Shown here: in pieces, positions 1 to 9,730 of the stretch
Numbering within the stretch: the first letter of the stretch is position 1
Layout: each line of letters starts with the position of its first letter
Source: Candidatus Methanophagales archaeon
GTDB taxonomy: Archaea > Halobacteriota > Syntropharchaeia > Alkanophagales > Methanospirareceae
NCBI GenBank assembly: GCA_025435355.1
Contig: JANJFQ010000003.1
Span: forward strand, 1-51,216
Reading direction: 5' to 3'
DNA: 51,216 nt
Made by a program: the position numbers and the translations under genes
The notes under the pieces: model-generated
Told to the model about the DNA's origin: nothing
Databases searched by the model: none
The model's input: only the letters and a program-made list of their open reading frames with translations

Positions 1-1583
1 CTTTTGCAATCCAAGATAAACATGTAAAAAATGTGCATATTGGCTTACTGGAAAATGTCCCAGAACCACTGACTAATGATTTTGTGTTAAAACACAAAGC
101 ACAGATAGATGCAGGAGTGGAGAAACTAAAATGGTTCAACTCCAAACTATCTTCTTCTGGAAAAAAACCAGTGATGTTCGTAGTTGCAGATTATAACAAA
201 CACGCAGATGATGTAGGAAAATACCTTAAAAAGTATTTTCCAAACAGGGTGCTCGTTATCCATACTGATACAAAAGGAAATATAACAAAGAAGCATTTGC
301 CATATCTGAGAGAAGCAGCAAGGAATATTGATACAAACCAATACGAAGCGATAGTCAGTGTTATGATGCTCAAAGAGGGCTGGGATGTCAAGAATGTAGT
401 AGTTATAGTTCCACTTAGACCAGCAAAAGCACCTACTTTACCAGAACAAATTTTAGGAAGAGGTCTAAGAAGAATGGAACCATTTAATGAGGGTTGGCAA
501 GAAACTTTAGTTGTCGTGGACCATCCAAGATTTAGAGAATTATGGGATGCTGAAATTAGAAAAGGAGAATTGTATGCAAAAATCGAATCTGTTAAAGTCA
601 AGCCCAAAATACATAGCATTCGCGTGGACGGAAGCAAACTCGGATACGATTTTGAAATCCCAATGGTTGAAGGAGGGATAACGTCAAGAGTGCCAGAAAT
701 ATCTAAGCTTGATGTTGAGACATTGCCTTCTGGTGCCTTCAAAATATCAGAAATTGAGCCACCGAAGGTAATGTGGAGAGAAAAAGACCTTTTAACAAAA
801 CGGATTGTGGAAGAGAAAGAATTAGCATTTAGTTATGTTGATACCATCGAAGAATATTTATCCTATATAACAAAAGCCATCATAGCAAAATCCAAAACAC
901 CCTCTTATTTCTTTCCTGAACTTGTTCCAAAAGTTGAAGAGTATATCATCAAATTTTTATTTGAGGATGCTTTTGACATAAACAATAGAGAAGAAATTAA
1001 GAAATTGAATTTGCCACAGATAAGAAGAACAATTGTGGAATCATTTAATAAAGAAATACTCAAGCTTTCCACGAAAGAGGAAGAAACCTATGTTATAAGC
1101 CAGTATAAATTAAGCAACACGCCAGTTCTCCATACCTCAAAAAGTGAAAATATGCTGTATGAACCAAATAAGTGCATTTTCAATATCCTACCAGCAGATA
1201 GCTATCTTGAAATTGAGTTTATGAGATATTTAGATTCACAACCTGAAGTTTTGGCATTTACAAAAGTTTTAAGATATTGGATTCCCCTGCGCATAAGATA
1301 TTACGACCATTATGGATACTTACGGTACTATATCCCCGATTTTGTTGTTAAAACCGAAAATTGTTTTTATTTAATAGAAACCAAAAGGGAAGAGGACATA
1401 AATGTTAGATATAAGGACAAAGCTGCTACGGAATGGTGTAAATCCACTACAAAAGGAACAGGATTTACATGGATTTATATTAAAATAATGGCAGAAGATT
1501 TTAAAGAATATTCCACTCTTAAAATATCTCAACTTATTACAAATGTTGGCTACAGCCAATTTGCATTGGATAAAATTCATTAA
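1..1583 (+). CDS. Type III restriction-like endonuclease Res subunit (SF2 helicase C-terminal part plus PD-(D/E)XK nuclease); 5'-truncated by window edge
   Basis: MLKEGWDVKNV and EQILGRGLR helicase motifs V/VI; C-terminal YIPDFVVK...LIETK nuclease motif; frame open from window start. Confidence 0.85.
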   Translation, partial: FAIQDKHVKNVHIGLLENVPEPLTNDFVLKHKAQIDAGVEKLKWFNSKLSSSGKKPVMFVVADYNKHADDVGKYLKKYFPNRVLVIHTDTKGNITKKHLPYLREAARNIDTNQYEAIVSVMMLKEGWDVKNVVVIVPLRPAKAPTLPEQILGRGLRRMEPFNEGWQETLVVVDHPRFRELWDAEIRKGELYAKIESVKVKPKIHSIRVDGSKLGYDFEIPMVEGGITSRVPEISKLDVETLPSGAFKISEIEPPKVMWREKDLLTKRIVEEKELAFSYVDTIEEYLSYITKAIIAKSKTPSYFFPELVPKVEEYIIKFLFEDAFDINNREEIKKLNLPQIRRTIVESFNKEILKLSTKEEETYVISQYKLSNTPVLHTSKSENMLYEPNKCIFNILPADSYLEIEFMRYLDSQPEVLAFTKVLRYWIPLRIRYYDHYGYLRYYIPDFVVKTENCFYLIETKREEDINVRYKDKAATEWCKSTTKGTGFTWIYIKIMAEDFKEYSTLKISQLITNVGYSQFALDKIH

Positions 1584-1607
1584 TTTAATAAAATCTCGTG
1601 GTTTAAA

Positions 1608-2921
1608 TTACAAACATCCCACCAACCCCTCATATATCCTCTCCAAAATTTCCTTATCCGAAAGATACTCAGAATCCACAATTTTATCAAGCTTCAAAGG
1701 AAGACCATCCATCCTGTATGCGATCGCGTCCGTTTCGACACCCGTAATTGCAGTAGGAAACACAACAGAGGCGAACTGCGTAGTTGGGCTTTCAAAAGGG
1801 TCTATCACAATTAAAGGCATGTCGCGCAATTTCCGCGCTTTATCGCAAGGAAACGAAGAATAAGGGTCTGCACCTACGATTAACGCTGTATCCACCGCGC
1901 CTCGCTCTATCACGTCCAGAACCGTTGTCTTACCCGGCTCGAAGATTCTGTCACGGGAAAAATCCACGCCATAAGGATACCCTGTCTCACGTAACAAAAG
2001 TTGCACCGCACCGACTACGTTAAAATGCCCCTTCATTGGAAACAGCACGAATTTCACGCCCTCTTTGTTAAGCGCATCAACCAGCGATAAAACAGCTTCG
2101 ACTTTTTTCGATGCGTTTTCACTTGAAAAAACACCAAGACCAACGAAAATAACACCGTAAAACGCGTTCTTCAACCGGTCCGTTAATTTTACTATGGTAT
2201 CAAAGTCTATTTCGCCATTTACAAGTTCTCTTAACCCGTTCGTCTCTCCTTTTACCAATTGCTTCATAATCTCCGCTATATTAGCATCTTCACCAGCGTT
2301 CACACGCAAGAACCACCTTGATATTTTCTTCAATTCGATGTCAACCACATCAATAGTAATTATTTCCCTATCCAGCACCCCTCTCATTGCATATCTTCCA
2401 ATTGGATATACTGCGAACCTGGAAAGGTGTCTGGGATGCGACACAATGGGATTAGAGCCCCAGTAAATGACAACGTTGGCGTTATCGCGTATCTCATCCA
2501 GCAGAGCATAGTAAAACGGTTTTTTACCTTTTATCAACTCCGAATACAGAAGATTATGGCAAATTGATTCCGTGATGTCATATACTCCCTTCTTGTGCTT
2601 TGCTATCTCCAACGCTACACGCTGAGCGTTGTAGCCGCTATTGCTCAGCCCATAGACAAGCAGCTTCTTCGCATTTCTTAGTATATCCACCGCTTCTCCT
2701 ATTGCATCTTCGTAATCCGTTTCTTTACCATCTACCCTTGGCTTTTTTAGCCTACCCTCATTTTGTGGCGAAAGAAATTTTTCCACACCGAACTTGCATG
2801 CGTTTCTTATACCCTTTATTTTGTTTTCCGCTACGTCTACCGAAATGACCACGTCATCACATAGACATGCGCAGAAGGGACATACCGCTGCTTCTAATAT
2901 CTTCTCGTTCTCTTCTTCCAT
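1608..2921 (-). CDS. fwdB: Formylmethanofuran dehydrogenase subunit B-like protein (divergent, stand-alone)
   Basis: N-terminal CPFCACLCDD Fe-S motif, WGSNP...HPRHLSR, GHFNV, YRMDGLP typical of FwdB/FmdB. Confidence 0.8.
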   Translation of the reverse strand: MEEENEKILEAAVCPFCACLCDDVVISVDVAENKIKGIRNACKFGVEKFLSPQNEGRLKKPRVDGKETDYEDAIGEAVDILRNAKKLLVYGLSNSGYNAQRVALEIAKHKKGVYDITESICHNLLYSELIKGKKPFYYALLDEIRDNANVVIYWGSNPIVSHPRHLSRFAVYPIGRYAMRGVLDREIITIDVVDIELKKISRWFLRVNAGEDANIAEIMKQLVKGETNGLRELVNGEIDFDTIVKLTDRLKNAFYGVIFVGLGVFSSENASKKVEAVLSLVDALNKEGVKFVLFPMKGHFNVVGAVQLLLRETGYPYGVDFSRDRIFEPGKTTVLDVIERGAVDTALIVGADPYSSFPCDKARKLRDMPLIVIDPFESPTTQFASVVFPTAITGVETDAIAYRMDGLPLKLDKIVDSEYLSDKEILERIYEGLVGCL

Positions 2922-2931
2922 TTCTATAAGA

Positions 2932-4101
2932 TCATTCCTTTGTCACATCTTCTAACCGGTATCTCAAAAACGTTGAAATTAAAATATTCGTCAACACGAG
3001 ACATATACATAAAAGAATGATCCCATTTAGACCATACACTAAATAAACTGGTAAGGTCGCCACAGGCGCTAAGCCGTAGCCCGAAAACCGGAAGCTATTA
3101 TATATGGACGAAGCCGCTCCTCTTGATTCCGGCACGCACTCCACGACCATCGTGTTAAGCGAGGTAAATACCGTTGCGCCTCCTATACCCATGATCATGA
3201 CCGGAATGAAAAAAGTCATATATGTATTTACGTGCATAAATATCAAAAATGCGGTGAGCAGGATAATCAATCCAATAAGCAACGTCTTCTTTCTACCGAT
3301 AGAATCTGTAAAATAACCAGCAATCGGCGCTGTCGGAATACCAAAGAATCCTCCTGTGGCTAATAAAATACCTATCTTAGCCTCGCTCACGGATATCGTC
3401 AGTGTATCCGCTAAGAACATCATCGTTGCGATAACTCCAAAGAATACGAGAAATCCAATCATGCAAAGTAGTAAAAAATCTTTATTTTTGAATACTCCGC
3501 CCATCTTCCTTAATACATTCTTTAATTCGCCGTCACCCTTTGAAGTATCGAAATAAAAGAAGTAAATAGGGCTGAGCAGCCCCGATAAGAGGAATAACAG
3601 CAGGAATACAAGTCTCCAATCAATTATTGCAAGAAATCCCGCAACTAACGGACCAAATGCGATTCCCGCTTGTGTTGATGCGCCATACCCACCCATTACC
3701 CTACCACGTTCTTTGTATGGGAAGACATCGCCGAGGGTCGCCATGATGATAGGGGCTATGAATGCACTTCCAAGCCCCTGTAATGCCCTTGCACCCAGAA
3801 AAAGTCCGATACTATTCGATGATGCGCATAATAGCGATGCGAGTGAAAACGTAAATAGTCCAAAAAGAATGGTTCTCTTTCTACCATAAATATCTGAAAG
3901 CGCACCTGAAAAGAGCTGAAAGAATGCAAATGGAATTATGTAAATCGCAATAGATGCCGCTATAAACGAAATATCGGCATTGAAAAATTCTTTAAGCGGT
4001 GTAATCAACGGAAGTACCGTATTTCCTCCAAAAGGTCCAAGAAATACTGAAAAATATAATAAAATGAGAAGATGCTTTTTTGATAGTTCGTTCTTTTTCA
4101 T
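2932..4101 (-). CDS. MFS transporter (DHA1-like)
   Basis: About 12 hydrophobic segments; GALSDIYGRK and DSIGRKK motif A. Confidence 0.9.
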   Translation of the reverse strand: MKKNELSKKHLLILLYFSVFLGPFGGNTVLPLITPLKEFFNADISFIAASIAIYIIPFAFFQLFSGALSDIYGRKRTILFGLFTFSLASLLCASSNSIGLFLGARALQGLGSAFIAPIIMATLGDVFPYKERGRVMGGYGASTQAGIAFGPLVAGFLAIIDWRLVFLLLFLLSGLLSPIYFFYFDTSKGDGELKNVLRKMGGVFKNKDFLLLCMIGFLVFFGVIATMMFLADTLTISVSEAKIGILLATGGFFGIPTAPIAGYFTDSIGRKKTLLIGLIILLTAFLIFMHVNTYMTFFIPVMIMGIGGATVFTSLNTMVVECVPESRGAASSIYNSFRFSGYGLAPVATLPVYLVYGLNGIILLCICLVLTNILISTFLRYRLEDVTKE

Positions 4102-4114
4102 AAAATAGTCTTAT

Positions 4115-4840
4115 CTATCTTCTTGACTTCATCTTCTCGGTCATTCGTTCAAATTTCTCAGATGGTTTTGCCCTGCCTGCGGTGCTTAGATCGACCGCTT
4201 CTGCAATACCCCTTATCCTCTCCCACGGAATTGATGCGACCATAAACCCCGGGTTCCACCTCTCCAGCCTCCTTGCACTTATGTCACCAACCGAGAGGTT
4301 GAAGTTCCCTGATACAAGTGGGTAGGTTATCATGCTCCAGCAGAGAGCTCCTCTCATCTCGATAGATGGCGTTTTTCCATCCCAGAACTGATTTAAGGTG
4401 ATGAGCCTTGATGCCTGCTCGGCGTTTACAAGCATGAGGATGAGGTCCGGCGGAAAAAGGCCGGTTCTTACTGGATAAAGGAACACCTTCTTTGAAAGAC
4501 CAACGGGTGGCTTTGCAATCCTTTCAACCTCTACGCTTGACCTTATCGCGGTTTTAACGTCAAACCATAGCTTCTCGCCCTCAACCAGCATTTTCCATGA
4601 TATTTCTCGCCTCTGGATAAGACCAAGATGGGTCCTCCCCCCGGGACAGGCACATCTATCCTCTGAAAGCAATATGACTTTCCCCTCGGATGCTTCCAGT
4701 ATCGCTCCACACACGGTATAACTCCCTATTTCGGTCTCAACCTCAGGGTCTTCATCTGTGTACTTTACCCCGATTGGCTCTTTTTCTATACTTAAAGCCT
4801 CCACAATAATTTTAACGTTCTCGATATATTCTTCCTCCAT
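4115..4840 (-). CDS. DUF169 family protein
   Basis: EPIGVK, CPGG..HLG, PDLI...NAEQA.RL, ALC, S.GD..AR pattern. Confidence 0.8.
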   Translation of the reverse strand: MEEEYIENVKIIVEALSIEKEPIGVKYTDEDPEVETEIGSYTVCGAILEASEGKVILLSEDRCACPGGRTHLGLIQRREISWKMLVEGEKLWFDVKTAIRSSVEVERIAKPPVGLSKKVFLYPVRTGLFPPDLILMLVNAEQASRLITLNQFWDGKTPSIEMRGALCWSMITYPLVSGNFNLSVGDISARRLERWNPGFMVASIPWERIRGIAEAVDLSTAGRAKPSEKFERMTEKMKSRR

Positions 4841-4974
4841 CTATACCATCTCCTTTAACAGATAACACATTCTTAAAAGTGATAAAACAATATAAAAAAA
4901 CAGTGACCGCTCAATATTCGGTGGACTTATAAACCTCAAACCCCAAATAACAAGATTCTCACTAAAAGTCCTCA

Positions 4975-5521
4975 AAATCAAATACAATTTTTGAGCCATC
5001 TTTTCTGAGTGACTCTTTTCCTTCAATCTTTTTTGCAATCATGCCAAAAAACTCTTTTCGGTTCTCATTGTTCCAGTCAACGTATTTGCTTTTCTCTTTC
5101 AGCTCATTCAGGACGTCTTTTGCTTCCTTTAACTTCAGGCTCCGGTATTTGCATTCAAAAAACCCGATTGCTTTTCTTTCTTCATTCAGAACAACAATAT
5201 CAATCTCATACTGATTCTTTCCCTTTTCATGTTTCGGGATTGTACCCCACTGACTACCGATTTTCTGGAATTGACAGGGTAAAATGTCCCTTTTCTCAAT
5301 TAAAAATTCTCGGCAGACCTTTTCAAAGACGAATCCGAGATAGCGGTTGTATTTTCTTCTGTTGCAAGATAATAGACAAATTCCTTCCCTTTTACACTGG
5401 CAAGTGAAAGTGTTGTCTTTCCAATTCTTCTTCTCCCGTAAATCACGTAGAAATCCAAACCAGGACCGTCTAATTTCTCTTTAATTGCCTTTAGCTCTTT
5501 TCTCCTATTTATGAATTTCAT
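4975..5521 (-). pseudogene. Archaeal ATPase (ATPase_2 + DUF234 type), internally deleted and frameshifted
   Basis: N-term MKFINRRKEL...YGRRRIGKTTL jumps straight to C-terminal FEKVCRE...EIDIVVL...FECKY remnant in another frame. Confidence 0.75.
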
Positions 5522-5658
5522 AGCTCATGACCTCTTTTAAAATTTTAAACTAATATAAGTTATGTTATACTAATTTGGATTATATAAAGTTTTGCAATCA
5601 CGAACAAATCGTAATTGCTCAAAATCTCGTGGAATCTCGTAGTTTTCAGCAAGCAGGG

Positions 5659-6534
5659 TCATCTCATCCGCAGTACACGCAAATCCAAAACCACATGATA
5701 TTTCCGTGGTGCAACGGAACGCACAACCCTCGTCTCTTCTACTTCTATTCTTAATGAGTTTCCGAAAGCCGAAGAGAGATTAGCTCTTGCCCTTTCTAAG
5801 GGCACGTTAAATAAATCATCACCTTTTCTTCCCGTAGAAACGTCATAATAATGAATCACGCCTCTTGCACCTTCTTTGTTCAATTTCAATGCCCTCACGG
5901 CTAATGGCAGGAAAGAATACGCCTGTTCCGGCAGCGGCATGAGCACACGATCTGCAACACCTTCTAACTTCTCCAATTCTTCTCTTGCATCTCCGAGAAC
6001 CGGTATAACCGTTCCTTCCACCTTGTTCAACGTCACATTCTCCTTCATGTATTCAAACGCATAAGGATTCACGTCAATGGAATAAATCCGCGTTTGCGGT
6101 TGCATCTTCGCTATCACAATAGAGAAGCAGCCTACACCTGAAAACGTGTTTATTATTGTCTCGCCGGGTAAAACCTTTTTGGCAACCCGCATCCTCTCGT
6201 AGGAGAGCCGTGGAGAGAAGAAAACGTGCTTGAGGTCTACTTTGAAAATGTATCCGCACTCTTTATGCGTAGTTTCCAGGTTCTCATCTCCCCATATCAC
6301 TTCCAAATCTCTTGTTCGGTATAGCTCGTCTGTATGTGTGTAAAGAGGAACAGCGACGATGGTTCTCACTCGTGGATAAATCCTACGAAGTGCTTCTGCA
6401 ATGATCTCACATTTTGATTCTAATTCCGGATGAATCTTTAGGATGATAATATCACCGACGACGTCGTAAGATTTTATCAGCTTTTTCAGCTCGTCTTCGT
6501 CCAATGCATCCCTCAAAGCTTCTTTTAGCGTCAT
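5659..6534 (-). CDS. trm5: tRNA methyltransferase, Trm5/Taw2 (Met-10+) family
   Basis: YDVVGDII, T.HKE.G..FKVD...VFFSPRL..ER, FSGVG.F, D.NP.A, DRVLMPLP, IHYY. Confidence 0.8.
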   Translation of the reverse strand: MTLKEALRDALDEDELKKLIKSYDVVGDIIILKIHPELESKCEIIAEALRRIYPRVRTIVAVPLYTHTDELYRTRDLEVIWGDENLETTHKECGYIFKVDLKHVFFSPRLSYERMRVAKKVLPGETIINTFSGVGCFSIVIAKMQPQTRIYSIDVNPYAFEYMKENVTLNKVEGTVIPVLGDAREELEKLEGVADRVLMPLPEQAYSFLPLAVRALKLNKEGARGVIHYYDVSTGRKGDDLFNVPLERARANLSSAFGNSLRIEVEETRVVRSVAPRKYHVVLDLRVLRMR

Positions 6535-6599
6535 TTAGCCAAACGCCAACTTCTGTTTTCTCTTGCATCCCGTATCCTGCATCCTGCATCTTCACCCAA

Positions 6600-7037
6600 C
6601 TATACAGATGTAAAGAAAGCATATTGAGTAGCGGTTTGCAACTCTCTTCTCAATTTCCTCACGTCTTCTCGATGAATAAAAATTTCGTCTCTGCCCTCTT
6701 CTCCTTCTTTTCCTCTCTCGTTTTCTTTACCCAATATCCTCTTTACTATCTCACACTCTAACTTTCCTTGCACCCTTGCTATTCCTCTACCATAATCAGA
6801 CGACAGTTCTATGTATATAGGTAGTCTTAATTTTCCATAATCCTCTTTTGAAATCAGGTTCGCTATTTTACGCAGTTCTGCTCTCTTTATTCGATAAACC
6901 GTGCTGTTTCTCCCACGCACGGCAGGCTTATCTTCAGTTAGCAACGTCAAAAGCGTCTTCCGTTCTACTGGCAAATGCGTATTCAGTGTTTGAACCACCT
7001 TTGCTATCACTTTATCATCAACCTTACCGCCTATCAT
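6600..7037 (-). CDS. DUF61/UPF0216 family protein
   Basis: LNTHLP.ERKTL..LL.EDKP, LRLPIYIE, L.TATQYAF. Confidence 0.8.
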   Translation of the reverse strand: MIGGKVDDKVIAKVVQTLNTHLPVERKTLLTLLTEDKPAVRGRNSTVYRIKRAELRKIANLISKEDYGKLRLPIYIELSSDYGRGIARVQGKLECEIVKRILGKENERGKEGEEGRDEIFIHREDVRKLRRELQTATQYAFFTSV

Positions 7038-7073
7038 ATCCTTGTCTGTATCTGTATAACTCCTTTTTTTACC

Positions 7074-7703
7074 TTAGCTATACAAATACCATTTTCCTAT
7101 TACGTAAACCTCTGCACTCCGTTTCCTCGACGCTTCAGGCGAATACGCCCTCGAATACCGGAACTTCTCCCTCACAGCCCTATAAAACTTATCGTAATAA
7201 GCTCCTTGAAATATTTTCGCAACGAAATTACCACTGCGTATTAAAAGCGCGGAAGCAATGCTTAACGCAGATTCGCTCAGTTCAAAAGAGCGAAAATGGT
7301 CATAACTCCTGTTTCCACTCAACTTTGGCGACGCATCCGAAATCACAATGTCCACTAAATCTCTTCCTTTCAATAAATCTTTGATAGCCGTTACAGTCTC
7401 CTCTTCTTTCGTTATGTCACTTTTTATTATCTCTACGCCCTCTATTTTTTCTATATGCTGCAAATCCACGCTTATGACCACTCCACTCTCGCCGACTAAC
7501 CCTTTTGCAACCTGTGACCAGCCTCCAGGGGCAGCACCCAGATCCACGACAACGTCACCCTCTTTTATCACCTCGAACTTATTGGCTATTTGCAACAGTT
7601 TAAATGCGGAACGAGACCTGTAACCCCACTCTTTTGCTCTTTTGTAAAACCTGTCGCTCTTCAAGTCTGTTCTTTTTACCATGCTCCTGCTTTCTTTTTC
7701 CAA
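7074..7703 (-). CDS. rlmE: 23S rRNA Um2552 2'-O-methyltransferase (FtsJ/RrmJ); likely start at ATG 7682
   Basis: YRSRSAFKL, DLGAAPGGWSQ, SDASP, KIFQG, ASRKRSAEVY. Confidence 0.95.
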   Translation of the reverse strand: MEKESRSMVKRTDLKSDRFYKRAKEWGYRSRSAFKLLQIANKFEVIKEGDVVVDLGAAPGGWSQVAKGLVGESGVVISVDLQHIEKIEGVEIIKSDITKEEETVTAIKDLLKGRDLVDIVISDASPKLSGNRSYDHFRSFELSESALSIASALLIRSGNFVAKIFQGAYYDKFYRAVREKFRYSRAYSPEASRKRSAEVYVIGKWYLYS

Positions 7704-7720
7704 TCCCTGCTACGCATATT

Positions 7721-7894
7721 TCAGTATTTCCTCTTTACTTTTATCTCTATCTCCGCCCAGTCCTCCTTCACGCCCTTTAACGCAGAAACCGCACCGACAA
7801 TCGCCTTTCCCATCACATTTTGCACGAATTCGTTTGCTCCTATCTCTTCCTTATCCACAAATATCTCCACTTCTACTTTTTCTTTTTCTTCCAT
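7721..7894 (-). CDS. 57-aa protein resembling the MobB C-terminal domain (below ORF-track cutoff)
   Basis: Manual translation MEEKEKVEVEIFVDKEEIGANEFVQNVMGKAIVGAVSALKGVKEDWAEIEIKVKRKY; SD-like GGAGTG upstream; directly downstream of moaA. Confidence 0.7.
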   Translation of the reverse strand: MEEKEKVEVEIFVDKEEIGANEFVQNVMGKAIVGAVSALKGVKEDWAEIEIKVKRKY

Positions 7895-7911
7895 CTTTAC
7901 TCACTCCTAAT

Positions 7912-8865
7912 TCAATCTTTTTTACCAAAAAATGGCTCTCTATACTTCATCGCCAACCTCAATTTGTTTATTATGTGCTTCTCGTCCACGGTCTCTACGG
8001 GAACGAGATTATCATTCCTCAGCAAACAGGACTTTATCTTCCCATCAGACGTTATTCTTAACCGAGAGCAATTCGCACAGAACGCGGTGTTATCCATCGG
8101 ATGAACAACTTCTACTTCTACACCATCCACAAAATATTTTCTCCTGCGCTGCAGCCGCCTCGTTTTTATAGCCGACGCTTTCGATTTGAGTTCCGCTTCG
8201 ATCCCATAGAAGTCTGCTTTATAATTTAACATGGAAGGATTAAAAGAAGGAATCAATTCTATTAGCTGCAGGATTGCCACTTCTCCACCACCTCTATTAT
8301 TGCACTCACGCACAAAACCTACCATGCTAATTATCTCATCCTCGTTTATTCCTTTCAGGAGAACCGTGTTCAGCTTGAGTGACGTAAGACCTGCATCAAT
8401 CGCACTGTATATACCATCAATCACTTTTGGAAGGTTGTTTCTCGAAGAAGTGATGAAATCGTATCTTTCCTCTTTAAGCGAATCCAGGCTGACGTTCACC
8501 CTGTCCAAGCCCGCATCTGCAAGTTCAGCCGCATATTTACTCAATAATACGCCATTTGTTGTTGCCGATATGTCGTCTTCAAAATCTCGCATGCCTTGCA
8601 CTATGTCCACGAGGTCATCTCGCATCAACGGCTCGCCACCCGAGAATTTTATTCGCCTTATGTCAAAATACGCGGATGCAACTCTTGCTATCTCTATTAC
8701 AAGCTCGGCACTTATTTCTCCACTTTCCCCTCTTCTTCCTTCTCCTTCATTATGACAATAAATGCAATTCAAGTTACACCGATTCGTGAGTGAAAACCTC
8801 AAACTCCTTATCTCTCTACCGTAATCGTCTATTAATCTCTCTTTTTCTCCTTTTTCTCTTTTCAT
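7912..8865 (-). CDS. moaA: GTP 3',8-cyclase (molybdenum cofactor biosynthesis)
   Basis: CNLNCIYCH radical SAM motif, GGEPL, C-terminal FCANCSRLR.T.DGK.K.CL. Confidence 0.95.
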   Translation of the reverse strand: MKREKGEKERLIDDYGREIRSLRFSLTNRCNLNCIYCHNEGEGRRGESGEISAELVIEIARVASAYFDIRRIKFSGGEPLMRDDLVDIVQGMRDFEDDISATTNGVLLSKYAAELADAGLDRVNVSLDSLKEERYDFITSSRNNLPKVIDGIYSAIDAGLTSLKLNTVLLKGINEDEIISMVGFVRECNNRGGGEVAILQLIELIPSFNPSMLNYKADFYGIEAELKSKASAIKTRRLQRRRKYFVDGVEVEVVHPMDNTAFCANCSRLRITSDGKIKSCLLRNDNLVPVETVDEKHIINKLRLAMKYREPFFGKKD

Positions 8866-8898
8866 AATCCTATTTCGATTCCACCCTCTATCATCTTG

Positions 8899-9549
8899 CT
8901 AAAAGAAAGATAAAAAGTCAGCAGACACCCATGCTATTACACTCATCACAAACACAAAAATCGCAAGACATAAAGCAACCCCGTATATCCTTTTATCCCA
9001 TGCTAACACCTTCCTTCCATCCAAAACACTAACAGGGATCATGTTGAAAACAGCCAGTATTGCATTTATTATCACCCCGAACCAGCCTATATCTTTAAAA
9101 ATACCCGGCGGAGCAAGGATGAAAAGAGGTAAGAAAAGAAAAGCCAATGCTATATTCATCATCGGTCCTGCTATCGCTATCTTACCATTTTCTTCTCTCG
9201 TGAGATACGGATTGAAAATCATAACAGCACCGGGTGCCGCAAATATGAAGCCCATAAAAGCTGTTACTATTGCCACGAGCAACATAAAAGGTGCCATCCT
9301 GAACTCAGACCATGCGCCATATCTTTGTGCAACTACTTTATGAGCGAGTTCATGGAAAATGAATGCGAAGCCAACGGTAACCGCGGAAATAATAAAAATG
9401 CGAAAAGTTGAAACTAACAAACCAATATTCATATATCCTTGATGAGGGCGTGCAATAACTATAGTAAAGGCGATAGAAATAGCGAGCCATGCTATCAAAA
9501 GATGCTTTATTTCTGTTTCGCTCGTTTTTATCGGCATTTTACTTGGCAC
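8899..9549 (-). CDS. Site-2 protease (peptidase M50)
   Basis: HELAH, AGP..N, FNMIP...LDG. Confidence 0.9.
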   Translation of the reverse strand: MPSKMPIKTSETEIKHLLIAWLAISIAFTIVIARPHQGYMNIGLLVSTFRIFIISAVTVGFAFIFHELAHKVVAQRYGAWSEFRMAPFMLLVAIVTAFMGFIFAAPGAVMIFNPYLTREENGKIAIAGPMMNIALAFLFLPLFILAPPGIFKDIGWFGVIINAILAVFNMIPVSVLDGRKVLAWDKRIYGVALCLAIFVFVMSVIAWVSADFLSFF

Positions 9550-9557
9550 TAACCAGA

Positions 9558-9630
9558 TAGCCCGGGACGGATTCGAACCGCCGTCTCGAGGTCCAGAGCC
9601 TCGGATGATTGACCTCTACACTACCGGGCT
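9558..9630 (-). tRNA. tRNA-Gln(CTG)
   Basis: Reverse complement AGCCCGG...cgagg-ctCTGga-cctcg...GGTTCGAATCC...CCGGGCTA folds as a cloverleaf; no intron; CCA not encoded. Confidence 0.95.
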
Positions 9631-9683
9631 ACTTTCTTATATGTTATTTTTGATATTTTTAGGATATAAAAGTGATATACTTG

Positions 9684-9712
9684 TTTACCGCTGAGCACGC
9701 AGAGAACACAGA
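9684..9712. repeat. Short 9-nt-period REP-like repeat (tttaccgc..gag..cgc.gagaa); related copy at 35138-35169
   Basis: tttaccgctgagcacgcagagaacacaga vs tttaccgccgagatcgctgagaacgctgaga. Confidence 0.55.
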
Positions 9713-9730
9713 CAGTCAGAAAAATTAGGC

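Noticed and set aside
9558-9630. tRNA-Gln as att site for the tyrosine recombinase
   Set aside because: No duplicated tRNA 3' end seen in the window and the flanking genes are housekeeping.
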